64,000 nt of DNA, taken from assembly GCF_964204645.1 (NCBI RefSeq), contig NC_134025.1, forward strand, positions 3,162,001 to 3,226,000. The letters run 5' to 3'. The position numbers and the translations under genes are program-made. A model generated the notes under the pieces. It worked only from the letters and a program-made list of their open reading frames with translations, was not told the DNA's origin and did no database searches. This DNA comes from Tubulanus polymorphus (lineage: Eukaryota > Animalia > Nemertea). Within the stretch, counting starts at the first letter, position 1; the number at the start of each line of letters is the position of its first letter. Of this stretch, positions 12,339 through 24,200 are shown piece after piece.

Positions 12339-12962
12339 CTTACACAAATTGCGGCTCGAAAGGAAGATTTAGAAATTTTGACAGCCCAAATTGATTTACT
12401 TCCGTTTTTCAGCTCCATGTAATTGCAATAGATGGCAGCACCAGTTTTAACCAAGCAGAAAAATTTCTTTTTAGTCAGACTGTTTTTATTTACAGATATA
12501 AAATTTCCGTATTTAGTTACAATATTTCTTAACTTCAAAATAGCATTTAGAAGGCAATTAATGCATTTAATAGCTTCCATACATTAAAGAAAGCAAGATT
12601 TCTAATGCTACTGTAACTGAAATTACCTGGTACATATACATACATACATACATTTACAAATAGACTAGAAAATATGAAGAATGATGGACACACGTCAAGT
12701 GGACCACAAATCGAATCATTATTCATTGATTGCACATCTGACTAAAATCATAACAGATAAAAATATCAAACAGCTTTACAACAGAAATAAATCACTCTGC
12801 ATCTTCCGTCCCTGGTAGCAGTGCGGCTACCAACAGTTCCAGTTTCTTTCAATCTATGCGATCGATGAGGTCTGAGTTCAGCATCAGTAATTCCTAATGT
12901 TAGATCCACAGTTACAGACCGATTATCCAAACCAAGTGTCCTATGCATTATAACATATCTAT

Positions 12963-15387
12963 TCAAGATGCAAATGTCACTGTTTCCATCGCCATATTTC
13001 TAGCCATGTATAATGTTTCGCATACTTCTTGCACTAATGATTCTCGATTGTCTCTAGAAACCTGAAATTAATATCGAAATTCAAATCAAAACAAAAGACA
13101 AACAAGGGGCGTGCATAAACAGGGTCCCTACAGATCAGTCATTCCTGGGTATAAAGTTTTCTTCAAGGAGTAATTTTCAGATTTCGAGGAAGTGTCTGCA
13201 TGACTTTAATATCCAAATTTCAGTAGTTTCCACCTAAATCGGTACTGTTTATCTTAGTAAACCATTTAATCTGGTGGTTTTGTAATCAAATTTTTATCAT
13301 ATACACTAACTAAACTCGGTTTATAATTTGGTAACTGCTAATTGGAAAAAAATCCTGGTCCCAACTGCACCAATTTAGGCGTAGTCTACTGTGCCACTAC
13401 AAACTACAGTAGACAAAAATCTTTAATTGTTTATTTCTCAAAATTGTAGGAGTTTTAAAGGAATTTCACGGTATTTTAATCAAATTTTTCAAGTTTCAAG
13501 CGCCTTTAAAAGAATTTTTCCATTTAGAATTTTTAAGGAATCAAAGGGACCCTGGTCAAGAGGTGAAAACTGCAATACTCACATAAAATAACTTGGTATC
13601 TTTTCTTTGAGTGAGTTCATCTACGAATCTGTGAGGTCGGCCTTGTATTATAGGAACAGTGGCGAGTATAGTCACTCCTTCTAATTGAAACAGTTGTTGA
13701 ACTACGTGCAGAAACGACTGACTAAATGACTCCATCTTACCGATTTCATCGATAATGAATATAGGATAAGCTCGCAGATTCTGAAATGAGAAAAAACATC
13801 TTAGTATCGGTAAGTCGATTCATCCGAGGCTATTTCATAGCAAGCGAAAATCATGTACAGAGAAAATCAGTTGATTTTCAATAAAATTTGAACTGGATTT
13901 TTAGTGAGGTAGGTATTACCTGTACATGTAAAGATGGTAAAGCTATTTGCTCTAAGCTTGTGACATCTACACTGTATTTTCCTACTTTGTATTCACGCTT
14001 GTAACTGTGACCAACTGTTTCTTCTCTAAAAATTCAAATAAATAGAACAGGAATGACAACTGATTGTCCAGCTATCAATGAAGTGGATATTTAGGCTAAA
14101 AAAAATTGATACCTTGTTTCTCCGCTCTGCTGAGCTTAAATGTTGACCCGGCCGGCCGCCTATCTACCCTATACATTACTTTTTTTTAAATCGTGATCAA
14201 TTTTACCATAACAGACCCGGCCGCTATAGAAATGAACTGTTTATAAATTTTATCATATTTTACAAAAATGACCCGGCCGCTGCGGAGAAACAAGGTATCA
14301 TTTTTGTTTAGCCTTAGCCCATATGGTTTTATTCTAATAACCGCTATTTTGCCAACGTATAATATTAATTTTCAATCTCAATTATATATGCTGCACTAGT
14401 GTAGAGTAGGTGATGGGTTAAAATCCTAGTTTACTTCACTAATTTCTCTTCAATGCTCTCTTGAATTTTAAGTCCAGCACTTTAGAATGCACGCGCAACA
14501 TCAGAATGAGCCAAAATATCTACTACCCAAGTAAAGGACTCAATGCGGATATTCAAACCCTAGAGTCTTGCTGTGTTATTCCCCATCATCACTTGAATAT
14601 GGGCTTTGACCTTGTTGGTGCGTTAAAAATGATAAAATTTATCGTAATCTACGATAAAAATGCCAACGGGGTTGCCATCTTAATTATCCATGATGCAACT
14701 GTTTTACCCATGATCCAATGCGCATCCAGCGTCTAACTATACTATACAGAATATATAGTATAGTATAGTTAAACGACAGGCGTGTGTTGCATCATGGGTA
14801 AAATATTATAAAACATGGCGGATTATCGAAGTAGGAACAACGCATCGCTGGTGAATTACTAAATATTTATCCATTATCAAAGCCCATATTCAAGTGCCTG
14901 TGAGTAGGTGAACCCGTATACCTGTATTCAAACCCATATTCTGTATGTGCAATTTCTAAGACTGTTGATCACTTACGATACTCGAGCAAGCGGTCCTTTC
15001 AAACCATCAAGCGTTACAATGTCGAATCCACTTCGAACTCCATTTTGTCGAACTTCTTCCGTAACGAATCCTTGGCACGGTATACCTTCATTTACCAGCA
15101 TTTTATACACATTCATTATCAATGTAGTTTTACCAATACCTTGGATACGAACAAATAGCGTAGAGGAATTAAGAATCAATCAGACAGGCCAGTATTTCTA
15201 AAAGCACATAATTATTTAAATTATTTATTCATCGTGGGCATAGATTTATTGAATTGATGATGATAATTAATTTGATTTATGTTCTAAAGTATACAAAATG
15301 ATTATTTCAGTTTGGAGGACTCTATTAACCTGGTTTTCCTCTAAGGACCACATGTTTATAGACAGGTTCCACCGATGCTTCAGCCAT
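12963..15387 (-). CDS. NTPCR: Cancer-related nucleoside triphosphatase; exons 15387-15330, 15139-14977, 14025-13920, 13780-13583, 13061-12963
   Basis: Walker A GKPGIGKTT, GFVTEEVRQNGVRSGFD, VGKYSVDV, Walker B IIDEIGKME; junctions in phase. Confidence 0.94.
13120..13554. mobile_element. Composite non-autonomous element: CAGGGTCCC...GGGACCCTG outer ends with an inner CAGTAG...CTACTG element at 13221-13391
   Basis: Inverted termini. A homologous copy lies at ~30588-30845 and a reverse fragment at ~50065-50105. Confidence 0.6.
14094..14313. mobile_element. PIF/Harbinger-type MITE, copy 1 (NTPCR intron 2)
   Basis: ~30-bp TIR GGCTAAA...TGATACCTTGTTTCTCCGC, TTA target duplication, second copy at 40057-40276. 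Confidence 0.8.
14590..14896. mobile_element. Foldback/MITE in NTPCR intron 2
   Basis: Perfect 20-bp inverted termini CACTTGAATATGGGCTTTGA plus an inner hairpin at 14702-14804. Confidence 0.7.
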
Positions 15388-15673
15388 TATGATTCTGCAT
15401 GCGGTTTGGGCTAGAAAACAGAAATTCTAGGGCCCCAAAGGTCCAGGAAGTCATTAAATACAATGTTGGATTTAGCTTCACGATCGTAAAATCAGGTTCG
15501 AACCCCAGGTGTTCAAGTTGATCGCGGAGGTGCCGAGTCTTGATCCGGCTTTTAAACTTACCCTAAATCGGTTGCAACACGACACTCGCAATTCTCTATT
15601 CAAGGTCGTTGAGCAAATTTCCCAAAATTTTATAATTTTCCAGAATTTTATCAAGATTTTATGAACTACGACG

Positions 15674-16979
15674 ATGGGAAACTCTATAAAACCTCATATC
15701 GAAACAGCCCAGAAAACAGGAGCCTGTCAACTGAGTAAGATGGGGATAAGTGAGGTAAAATTGCAGTAATAATCACCGTAAAGCTTACAAGAATTAATGA
15801 TTTTGATGGAATAATCTTCAATCTACTACTAATCTTCTCTAATCTTCAAACTTCATTTTTTCACTTCATTGACACTACTACAGCATACTGAAGATATATT
15901 CCGAATCATGTTACTGTTGTCACTTATTTGACTCACCACTTTACTCTATTGTCTGTCGCCGAGAGCTCAGAGTGGTGGGTGGACAAATCAAGACGTGCAT
16001 TGCTCTCACACTTCACCCTTGCAGATCTCTTTTTCTATAGCATTCGGCATTTTTATTGTCCATTTCTGTTGTATCTATTTTACAGTTTCCCCCAGAACTG
16101 AAGAGATTGACCAAAAACTTAAGAACACTAGATCTATCAGAAAATAAACTAGCTGAACTTCCCAATGATATTGGATCATTTACGATGCTGAAAAACATGT
16201 CATTAAATTCTAATAGATTAGGTAGGCTACGTAAATATTTTAACAGAATCCATGATGCGATTTTGATATATCAACTAGACTAATTGATATGAATTGTTAT
16301 CTTTTCAGCTGCAATTCCAGAAACAATTGGACAACTAAAAAAATTGGAATCGCTGAGCCTGAATTCAAACCGACTACTTTCACTACCTCAGTCATTTAAT
16401 CAGTTGAACAATCTGCGTAGTATCACAGTTAATAACAATTTCTTAAAAGAGTTCCCGGCTCAACTGGGGGGCCTGAAAAATCTGGACTCTCTTGACCTGT
16501 CTCATAATAAGATAACCGTCGTACCGGATGGAGTGAAACATTTAAACGTGGTTGAAATAAACCTTAATGAAAATCAGGTAGGTATTTCTAAACAGCAGCC
16601 TTTAACATTGTGTGAAATAAACACTGTCAGAAATATATCACCTACAGTTTGGATTCTAATCTTTCAGGTATCAACTTTATCGGAAGCGATTGCTGAATGC
16701 CCGAGATTAAAAGTATTACGTGTAGAAGAAAATTGTCTCGAATTAAGTGCCTTCACGCCTCGTATTCTAAAGAACTCGCAGATTTCTTTGTTGGCAATTG
16801 AAGGAAATCTGTTTGAGCAAAAATCATTTCATAATCTCGATGGATATGAACAGGTTTGATTTTATTATTCAATTCCAGTACTTTTTGCATACAAATATGT
16901 TGATGAATGTTTCTTAAGACATTTCTTCTCATTTCAGTACATGGATAGATACACAGCCACTAAAAAGAAGTTCGCTTGA
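15674..16979 (+). CDS. LRRC57: Leucine-rich repeat-containing protein 57; exons 15674-15754, 16086-16221, 16309-16577, 16668-16853, 16938-16979
   Basis: N-terminus [16 protein letters not shown], LRRs, [17 protein letters not shown]-terminus [13 protein letters not shown]; AATAAA at 16984. Confidence 0.95.
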
Positions 16980-19900
16980 ACACAATAAACTGTACTTATT
17001 ACTGGATGCCATTTTTATTTCAGTGCATGTTTGTTGAAGTTGCATGTAAAACTTAAACTTTATCGAAATGCAGTCGGAATCTGTTCCCACTCAATTTCAG
17101 CACTAATTCTGTTATCTATTTCTTTGTGAGACACCATCACAGCCCAACATTCATTCAAACAAGTTGTCAGCATTGTTTTAATGTTGTAAAGAGAAAACCG
17201 TATACCGGTATGTACAAGGTACTAAAACTTCTAGTCTTTATTAAAATGCTTAACTTAAAAGGTTGCTTGCTATAATTATATAGGGTACAAATAGGGTGAT
17301 TATAAAAGGCATAATTGGATCACCTGTGTGTCTTTCACTTGCATTGTGATTTCCTTATCAAATATGAATGAATCATCCGTTATATAAACGTAAGAGAAAA
17401 AATGAATGTATTTGAAATTTTTGTTGTAAAGATTAATGTAAAATATGTGTATATTATTAAATATTATTATTATAATTAAAATCGGTGTTTTTGATTTATT
17501 CATTCTGATGTTGGGAACAATTAGATGTTGCTGTAATCTAGATGATATAGGACAGCAAAGGAAAGGAAAAACTTTTTAAGGTCCTGGTTGGTGCTTACTT
17601 TTCACAAAAATGTAAGTGCTGAAAAGTGGTAGTCTGAAAAAATTTTGTCATGTGATACTTAGTGTTGAGCAGTGTAACTATCTGTGTAAGTAGAATATAG
17701 CATTGATCGCTATTTTTTACTGTGGCGAGCGAATTGTTTCAATCGCTAATTCCATCAATCCTTCATTTAATGGAATTATTCTCTTGAATATCTCACTAAT
17801 TGATTAAGAGCTAAACCTCCATGTGACGGCTTAAGTCTAAAGTCTTGTGAAGGATGATTGACTGGCTTGGCGATCCTCAAACCGTCCAATAGGCAAAAAG
17901 ATTAAAAATCAATGAATTGATGCTGCATATGCCATTTATTATGAAATCAAAATTCTATAATACAACTTAATTTGATTTTGAATGTGAATAACAATATTCT
18001 ACACATATTGCTGTCTATTTTACATAAAGAGCCATATCTGCAGTCCATACATGCTGGTAGTTCAATAGAGCACATTGATATCATTATGCAGTGCAATTAT
18101 AGCTTTATCTACTGACTAGATGTAACTGATGTGAATGAAATTAATTTTTCTCACTTTATCTTCTATGTATGGACTGACAAATGCATAAAACACTACACAA
18201 ACCCTGCCCAGAGTATCGAATAATAACACAGTGTTATCAAACACATCCTACATGGTAAACATTCCCATGTGAAACAATAAGAAATGATGAAAAACTCATT
18301 TTTCTCAATAGACAGAATAATTCTGAAGAAAAAACACCTGAATGCCTAATAGAACAAGAAATAAAAAAGAAAAACAAACAATCAAAATCTAATGTTAAAG
18401 TAACAAATAAAATTCAGCAGAATTATTATCACAGCAGTTCAATTCTAATCTGTCTGAATTTCCTACAATCACATTAACTGAATATCATGACCACTAGTAT
18501 GTTATCATAGCACGAGGGTCTACTGAATTGATTGTCATATTCTTGGTTCATTAGTTAACACTCAGTTATGGCAGTTCTAGACTAGACAACAATTGACCCG
18601 TGAACACTGCGAACAACCTCAATTCTATTCTTAAAAAAAAAACAACTAAATATATGATATACATCCATGTGCCAAATCTATATCTATTCTTTACATGAAT
18701 CATTAACAAACTGGACAGGGTCTGTTTGTGTGAAAGAAAAAATTCACTTCCGAAATAACAACCTAATGATAATCACAAAGTTCATGCATAATATCTATTG
18801 TAGTATGAAAATCACATAATAACCCTAGCTTTAACACTGTACACGCTCTATTTCATATTTCATCCAATGCCATACAGGAATTTATTCATTTGTGACATCC
18901 TGCAACTGTATAGATCTTTATACCAACATGAACCGCAATTTATTTATAATTACAATCATTAGTGTCAAATATTCATATTTGGTATAAAATAATCATCTGC
19001 TTGGTAATGATTCAACACAGGATATAAAAAAACATCTTATTTTACTAAACTCAACATTTTGCAAAGTTGTTGCGATCTGATATGAAACTTATGAGAACAA
19101 GAATCATGAAATTTGTTAACCTTACATAACAACGATTCAGTCAATAAATTGATGATGGTTATAACGTGCTACACCCCTCTAGACAGTCTAGTCGCGCTTG
19201 CATTAGATATATTTACTATATATATGACAACAACAATGATTTACAAGACATTCTACCTATCTATAGGGTTAAAGGTGATAATATATAGCGTTGTATAATT
19301 CATGTACATATTATTAGCTATAAATGAATGTTTTCAAATTATGTCTTTAATGAAACATTGTTGCCATCAGTGATAACAGAATTCTGTAATGATGAGGACT
19401 GACCAATAAACAATGACTCGAGTAAATTCTTGATTCTCTAAGCAGAATTTTGCTACACATATTCAATAAACTATTTCTCCAGACAGCTGTCTCTTAGTTC
19501 TACTATTGCAAAAATATATATCAATTGCTGACTGGGGAATGAATATTTCTTTCTTCTTCAGTATGGAATGTTTAGTTTACATTTCAAAATGCAGACGACA
19601 TAACGTCAAACTCCATGAATATATCATATCTTTGCTCAGTCCTTTTAAACAATGAACTTTTTAAAAATGTATAAAACGTAATGAAACAAATTGAGTATTG
19701 CATAACTCGTAAATATACATTTCTAGATTGTAACTTCATAACAGATTCTTAAGTCATAATTTCCAGAATTTTTGGTTTCTATCATTTGATTTGTGGCCTA
19801 TTCTACGAGCAGATTTGAAATAATAGCAGAAAACAATCTCAATATATTTGTATTTTGTATATGTAGATTTTACACGTATAGCATATTTACAGTTATTCAG

Positions 19901-20439
19901 AATGTTAAAAAGAGAGAGAGAATAAGTCGTTGAATAGAGATAACCAACCACCTGTTCAATCTACAGCCACCAGGGTTCCAGACAAGTTAAACTAACACTA
20001 GGAAATAGGTAATAGTCACGGCAGACATGAATGAACAAGAGAAGACTTAGTTATGAATTTAGGCAGACAAGTGTGAAACAGTTTTTTTTTCGATACTGTA
20101 AACTAAAACCTTGTATAAGTAGTGACGACGCGTGTTGAAATCTCTCAGTAATTATCCATATCACTTCAGACGACCGATAACCGGGATCTTGAAATAAACT
20201 TCGGTCATCAATATTTCATGAGTAATAAAGTTTGAAATGTATATGCACATGTCATGCCTCATTTGGCTAATTTCTGGGTTCGTTTTGTGGCTAAATCCAC
20301 CCGCGTGCCCAATGAGTCGGCCTGTAAGAGAAAAACATATCCGAAATGATAAAACCAACTCAATCATATAAGAAGAAATGAGGGCTGTTGTTCGTTTTGG
20401 GCGTGCTTCGAACCTATCAATCGATGGTGCAATATCTAC

Positions 20440-20717
20440 CAAGGGTGGATCTAGGATTCTTCGAAGGGGGTGGACCTGAAAATTGGAATTTGCACTAACT
20501 TTGAAAAAGGCAGATATTGTAATGAAAAATATTGTGGGAGTTCTGGTGGCCCTCCCACAAAAACTTTGGGAACAAAATGGGCTTTTCCTGCTCTTATCAG
20601 GGCCATTTGGATTTATAGTTTGTCTTTTTAAAAATTTTCTTTGCAAAAAATATTTTTCCAGACCTTTTGGAGGGCACATTCGAATTTTGATGGATCCACC
20701 CCCTAAATCCACCTTTG
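20440..20717. mobile_element. MITE-like insertion in the presumed SNAP 3' UTR (related ends at ~24874-25141)
   Basis: Inverted termini AAGGGTGGATCTAGG and CCTAAATCCACCTTT. Confidence 0.5.
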
Positions 20718-21216
20718 CTAACGATAACATCTACAAAATTTGATTCTGAAATATCAATCTCTCATAATTAAAATTATCAGTGAAGAATAAGAAGCACTTC
20801 AGATTTGAAAAGATTTGTGATAAATGAAGACACCGCAATGCTTCTGAAATTAAATATCAAAATCATCAAACTGAAACCCAAACGCACAGAAACAAGCATC
20901 ATAGAACAAACTGTACAACTCAACAGAGAAATGCACAATCCACAGATTACAATAAATAGAGAACTACCAAACGATACAACTACAAAACTAGACAGCCTGG
21001 TGTCAATCAGTATGGAAAACCACTTAACAAAACATAATAATATTCAAGAAAATATTCAAGGAATAAAAGTACATGGAATCCTGTCTGGAAAAATTGAGGA
21101 GGAAAAATGATGTACGAAGAGAGAGAGAGAACTGTAAAATGTGCAAGACAAAAAAGAGTAAAAACGGCAAGAAATCTCCACTAATCGGATTTAGTTTAGC
21201 CAGAGAAGTAGTACCT

Positions 21217-24200
21217 TCACGAACTAAGTAACTTGTTGGCACGTTTGTTTGCCTCACTGATGCGGTATTCATTAGATGTAGCCTGTAAGAATAACACAGC
21301 GTGACATTGGTTAGTACAAAAAGTCTCGAAGATATCCAATTTTACAAATCCAGATCTTCTTGGTAAAATAATATCAAAGGACATCTTCTTCGAATATCTA
21401 ACATAAATTGATGTTGGCAGAGTGAGTATACATATCTCGTAGTAACATGCACTTGCTAAAGACAATATGTATATTCTAATATTACCAGTAGACTAACGTA
21501 AGAGAAAAAATAATCCATATTGTGCAAACATCTCATTTTAAAGCATATAGCAGTGACTAGATATACGCATTAAATTGAGATTTCATTGCAGCAATCATAT
21601 GCATAAATATGCAGTACAGGGTTAAGTAATAGCCGCACATCTTGTTATTTACAATAACTGTAGATGATAACTAACACAGATCATTGAAAAACGGCATCAA
21701 ACAGACAGTTCATCCAAGAAAAACCGATCCAAAAACAAGTGCAGGATTTTATTCAGACGACAGCAGTGAAAATACAGTAATAGAAGCATTGGAACTCGAA
21801 AACGTCAGTTGTTGTATAGATCATTCCCAGTGGACCGCCGTGTCAAATGTCGATAGCTCATGTATAAAACATGGCGTTAGTGCTGACTTAGTTCTGCATA
21901 TACACACAATACAGGATATAAAACCATTTAAAGACATTGCCAGCGATAGAATCAATTCCCTGATGATCAATCTCTGATTGAAAAAATAACAACATTATTT
22001 ATTTGCATGCACGGGTACGACGGATACAATGCGCATACCCAGGACTACGATATCAAAGTCTCCTTCTGAATGGTTATCAAATTCTACACATCGGTTATAT
22101 TGATATTTATCAAATATTCAGTGATTCATGCAGTTAGACATCATGAATTTCTATCAATTCTAAACACGAATGATTTATAATTGCTTATAGCAATTGCTGT
22201 TCTACGTGCATGTACCAGCATTTATCTAAACCACTCAAAGGTGAATTTTGAAACAAAACTTCTAATGAATTTTTCAAGGATTCTGACTGAATACCGTAAG
22301 TTGCAGTTCGAAATTTCGCTACGCTGGTACGAACACAAGGATCCCATCATCGAATCTATTCACCTCGTATAGATTCAGATTACCTCGAACAGCGAAGTGG
22401 CACTCACTCATTTCGCAAATCTTTTAATGGCTTGAGTCGGTTGAGTGAATTTTACGTAACAGGAGATTGGCAAAATGAATGCAATACCGATGTACATTAA
22501 GCCTGATCTGATTATTTCAGACATGCTATTTATTACCTTCTGGTTAATCCTGTCAATTTGTTTATTCTGAGAACCGATCTCGCTGCCCATATCTATGGCC
22601 ATGTTACGTAGATTGCCAATCATACCGCTAACTTCGGTAATATTCTGCTCCATTTCATCTTCACGTGCGTCATTCGTTACTCTACAAAACAACAAAATCA
22701 TCTGATAATGCAATTGATTGTAGTGACAAAACATGTTAAAATCAGTTGACATTTTCCACAAAATCCTTTTATACATCTATGCATGAGGACTGATAAGATT
22801 AAGATGGCCACCAATAGCCAATAGACTAAATACTACTCATATTCCAGAACTTAAGAAAATGTTGAATAAAATACTAGCTCAAGGAGACTTTATTTTGTAT
22901 TCTTAATATTCTTAAGTGTGGGATCTTTTATATAAATCATTTGAAAATCTTGGCTGTTAAAAAAGGCAGAATTTTTATCAAATGTATCCACAACACGAAG
23001 GGGCTTTCACTCGACAAATGATTAACAAAAGCAGCTATTGCCTGTATATAAGAGGTACTAAAACCAAAAGAAACACATCTAAGGCAAAGTCGAGCTTATG
23101 TCACTTTGAAGATTCCGTGTAAAAATTGAATTAACATCGTCGCATAACGGAGCGATGATTAATTAATTTGATTAGATCAGGCTTAATAAACCCCTCCCCC
23201 CGGGCACAATTTTGACGCCGTTATAATGTAATTAATACACAGCCTACTTAAAGCTTGCATCATATTTCAGCCGATGATACAAAGCAATACGACGACGACG
23301 ACGACGAACGGATGAATTATTATCAGACGAGATTGATTTTCTGTATTCGTCTTAAAGCACGCAGCGAGAAGCTTTTCAGTTAATTGCTCGGGCGGAAGAG
23401 TGCGTGCTTCATTCAGTATAAGGCTTATAGAGTAAAAAGAGAAACTAATCACGGCACCATCTTGACACGGCTCACATTACAAACATACAGATGTTATCCG
23501 TCCGGACGACGCATGAAAACAACATCATCTCGCGATGTTTTACTGAAGTTGTTTTTTATTTCTCTCGCGATGACGTGAAACAGTTCGTGAATTACGACGG
23601 AAATCGATGCAGATAAATAGAAAACCAGTGGATTACAAACCGTGTAATAAAACCACCGCTCGACTGCATTCCGTTTCCTGCATCCACCGTGATTCTCGGT
23701 CCATCCTGATTTACTTGTCCGTCGTCGTTCGCTTTCCAGGTAGCGTTATACGCGGAACCTTTCTCGAAATTCTTAGCCCTGAAAATAGAACAAAAACGTC
23801 TTCTTACACGCGGCATATCACTTGTTAGTCCGTTCTAATTTGGCCCGCACCAAATGGACCTATTCAGAATGGACCAAGTTAATACTCAAATGATTATCAC
23901 TGGTCCAACTGCTGCACACTGTGATTGCCAGACAATCGAAGCAAAGACTCCATCACGAATGGATGAAATGATCCATTCAAAAATTTAGAACAGATCTTGA
24001 GTAGTATAAGTTGGTCGGTTTAGGGAAGTGTAATGATTACACTAAGTGCAATCAATACACTCCATGGTCGGTTCTAAGAGGGAATCAACCAAATTAGCAC
24101 AGACCTTTTGCTAGAGCGGACACATGCTCGGTCCATTCTTAAAATTGAAGCGGATTAAATCTAGCAAATTCTAAGTTATGTAGTGGCTATAGTGACTGGG

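Noticed and set aside
15495-15506. GGTTCGAACCCC in the NTPCR-LRRC57 spacer
   Set aside because: Isolated B-box-like motif with no tRNA fold.
20161-20743. 189-aa and 86-aa ORFs
   Set aside because: They overlap a MITE-like insertion in the presumed 3' UTR and have no recognisable domain or splice support.
23494-23542. Possible truncating SNAP exon ([16 protein letters not shown])
   Set aside because: The acceptor is preceded by an A-rich tract, and similarity to exon 7 is negligible.
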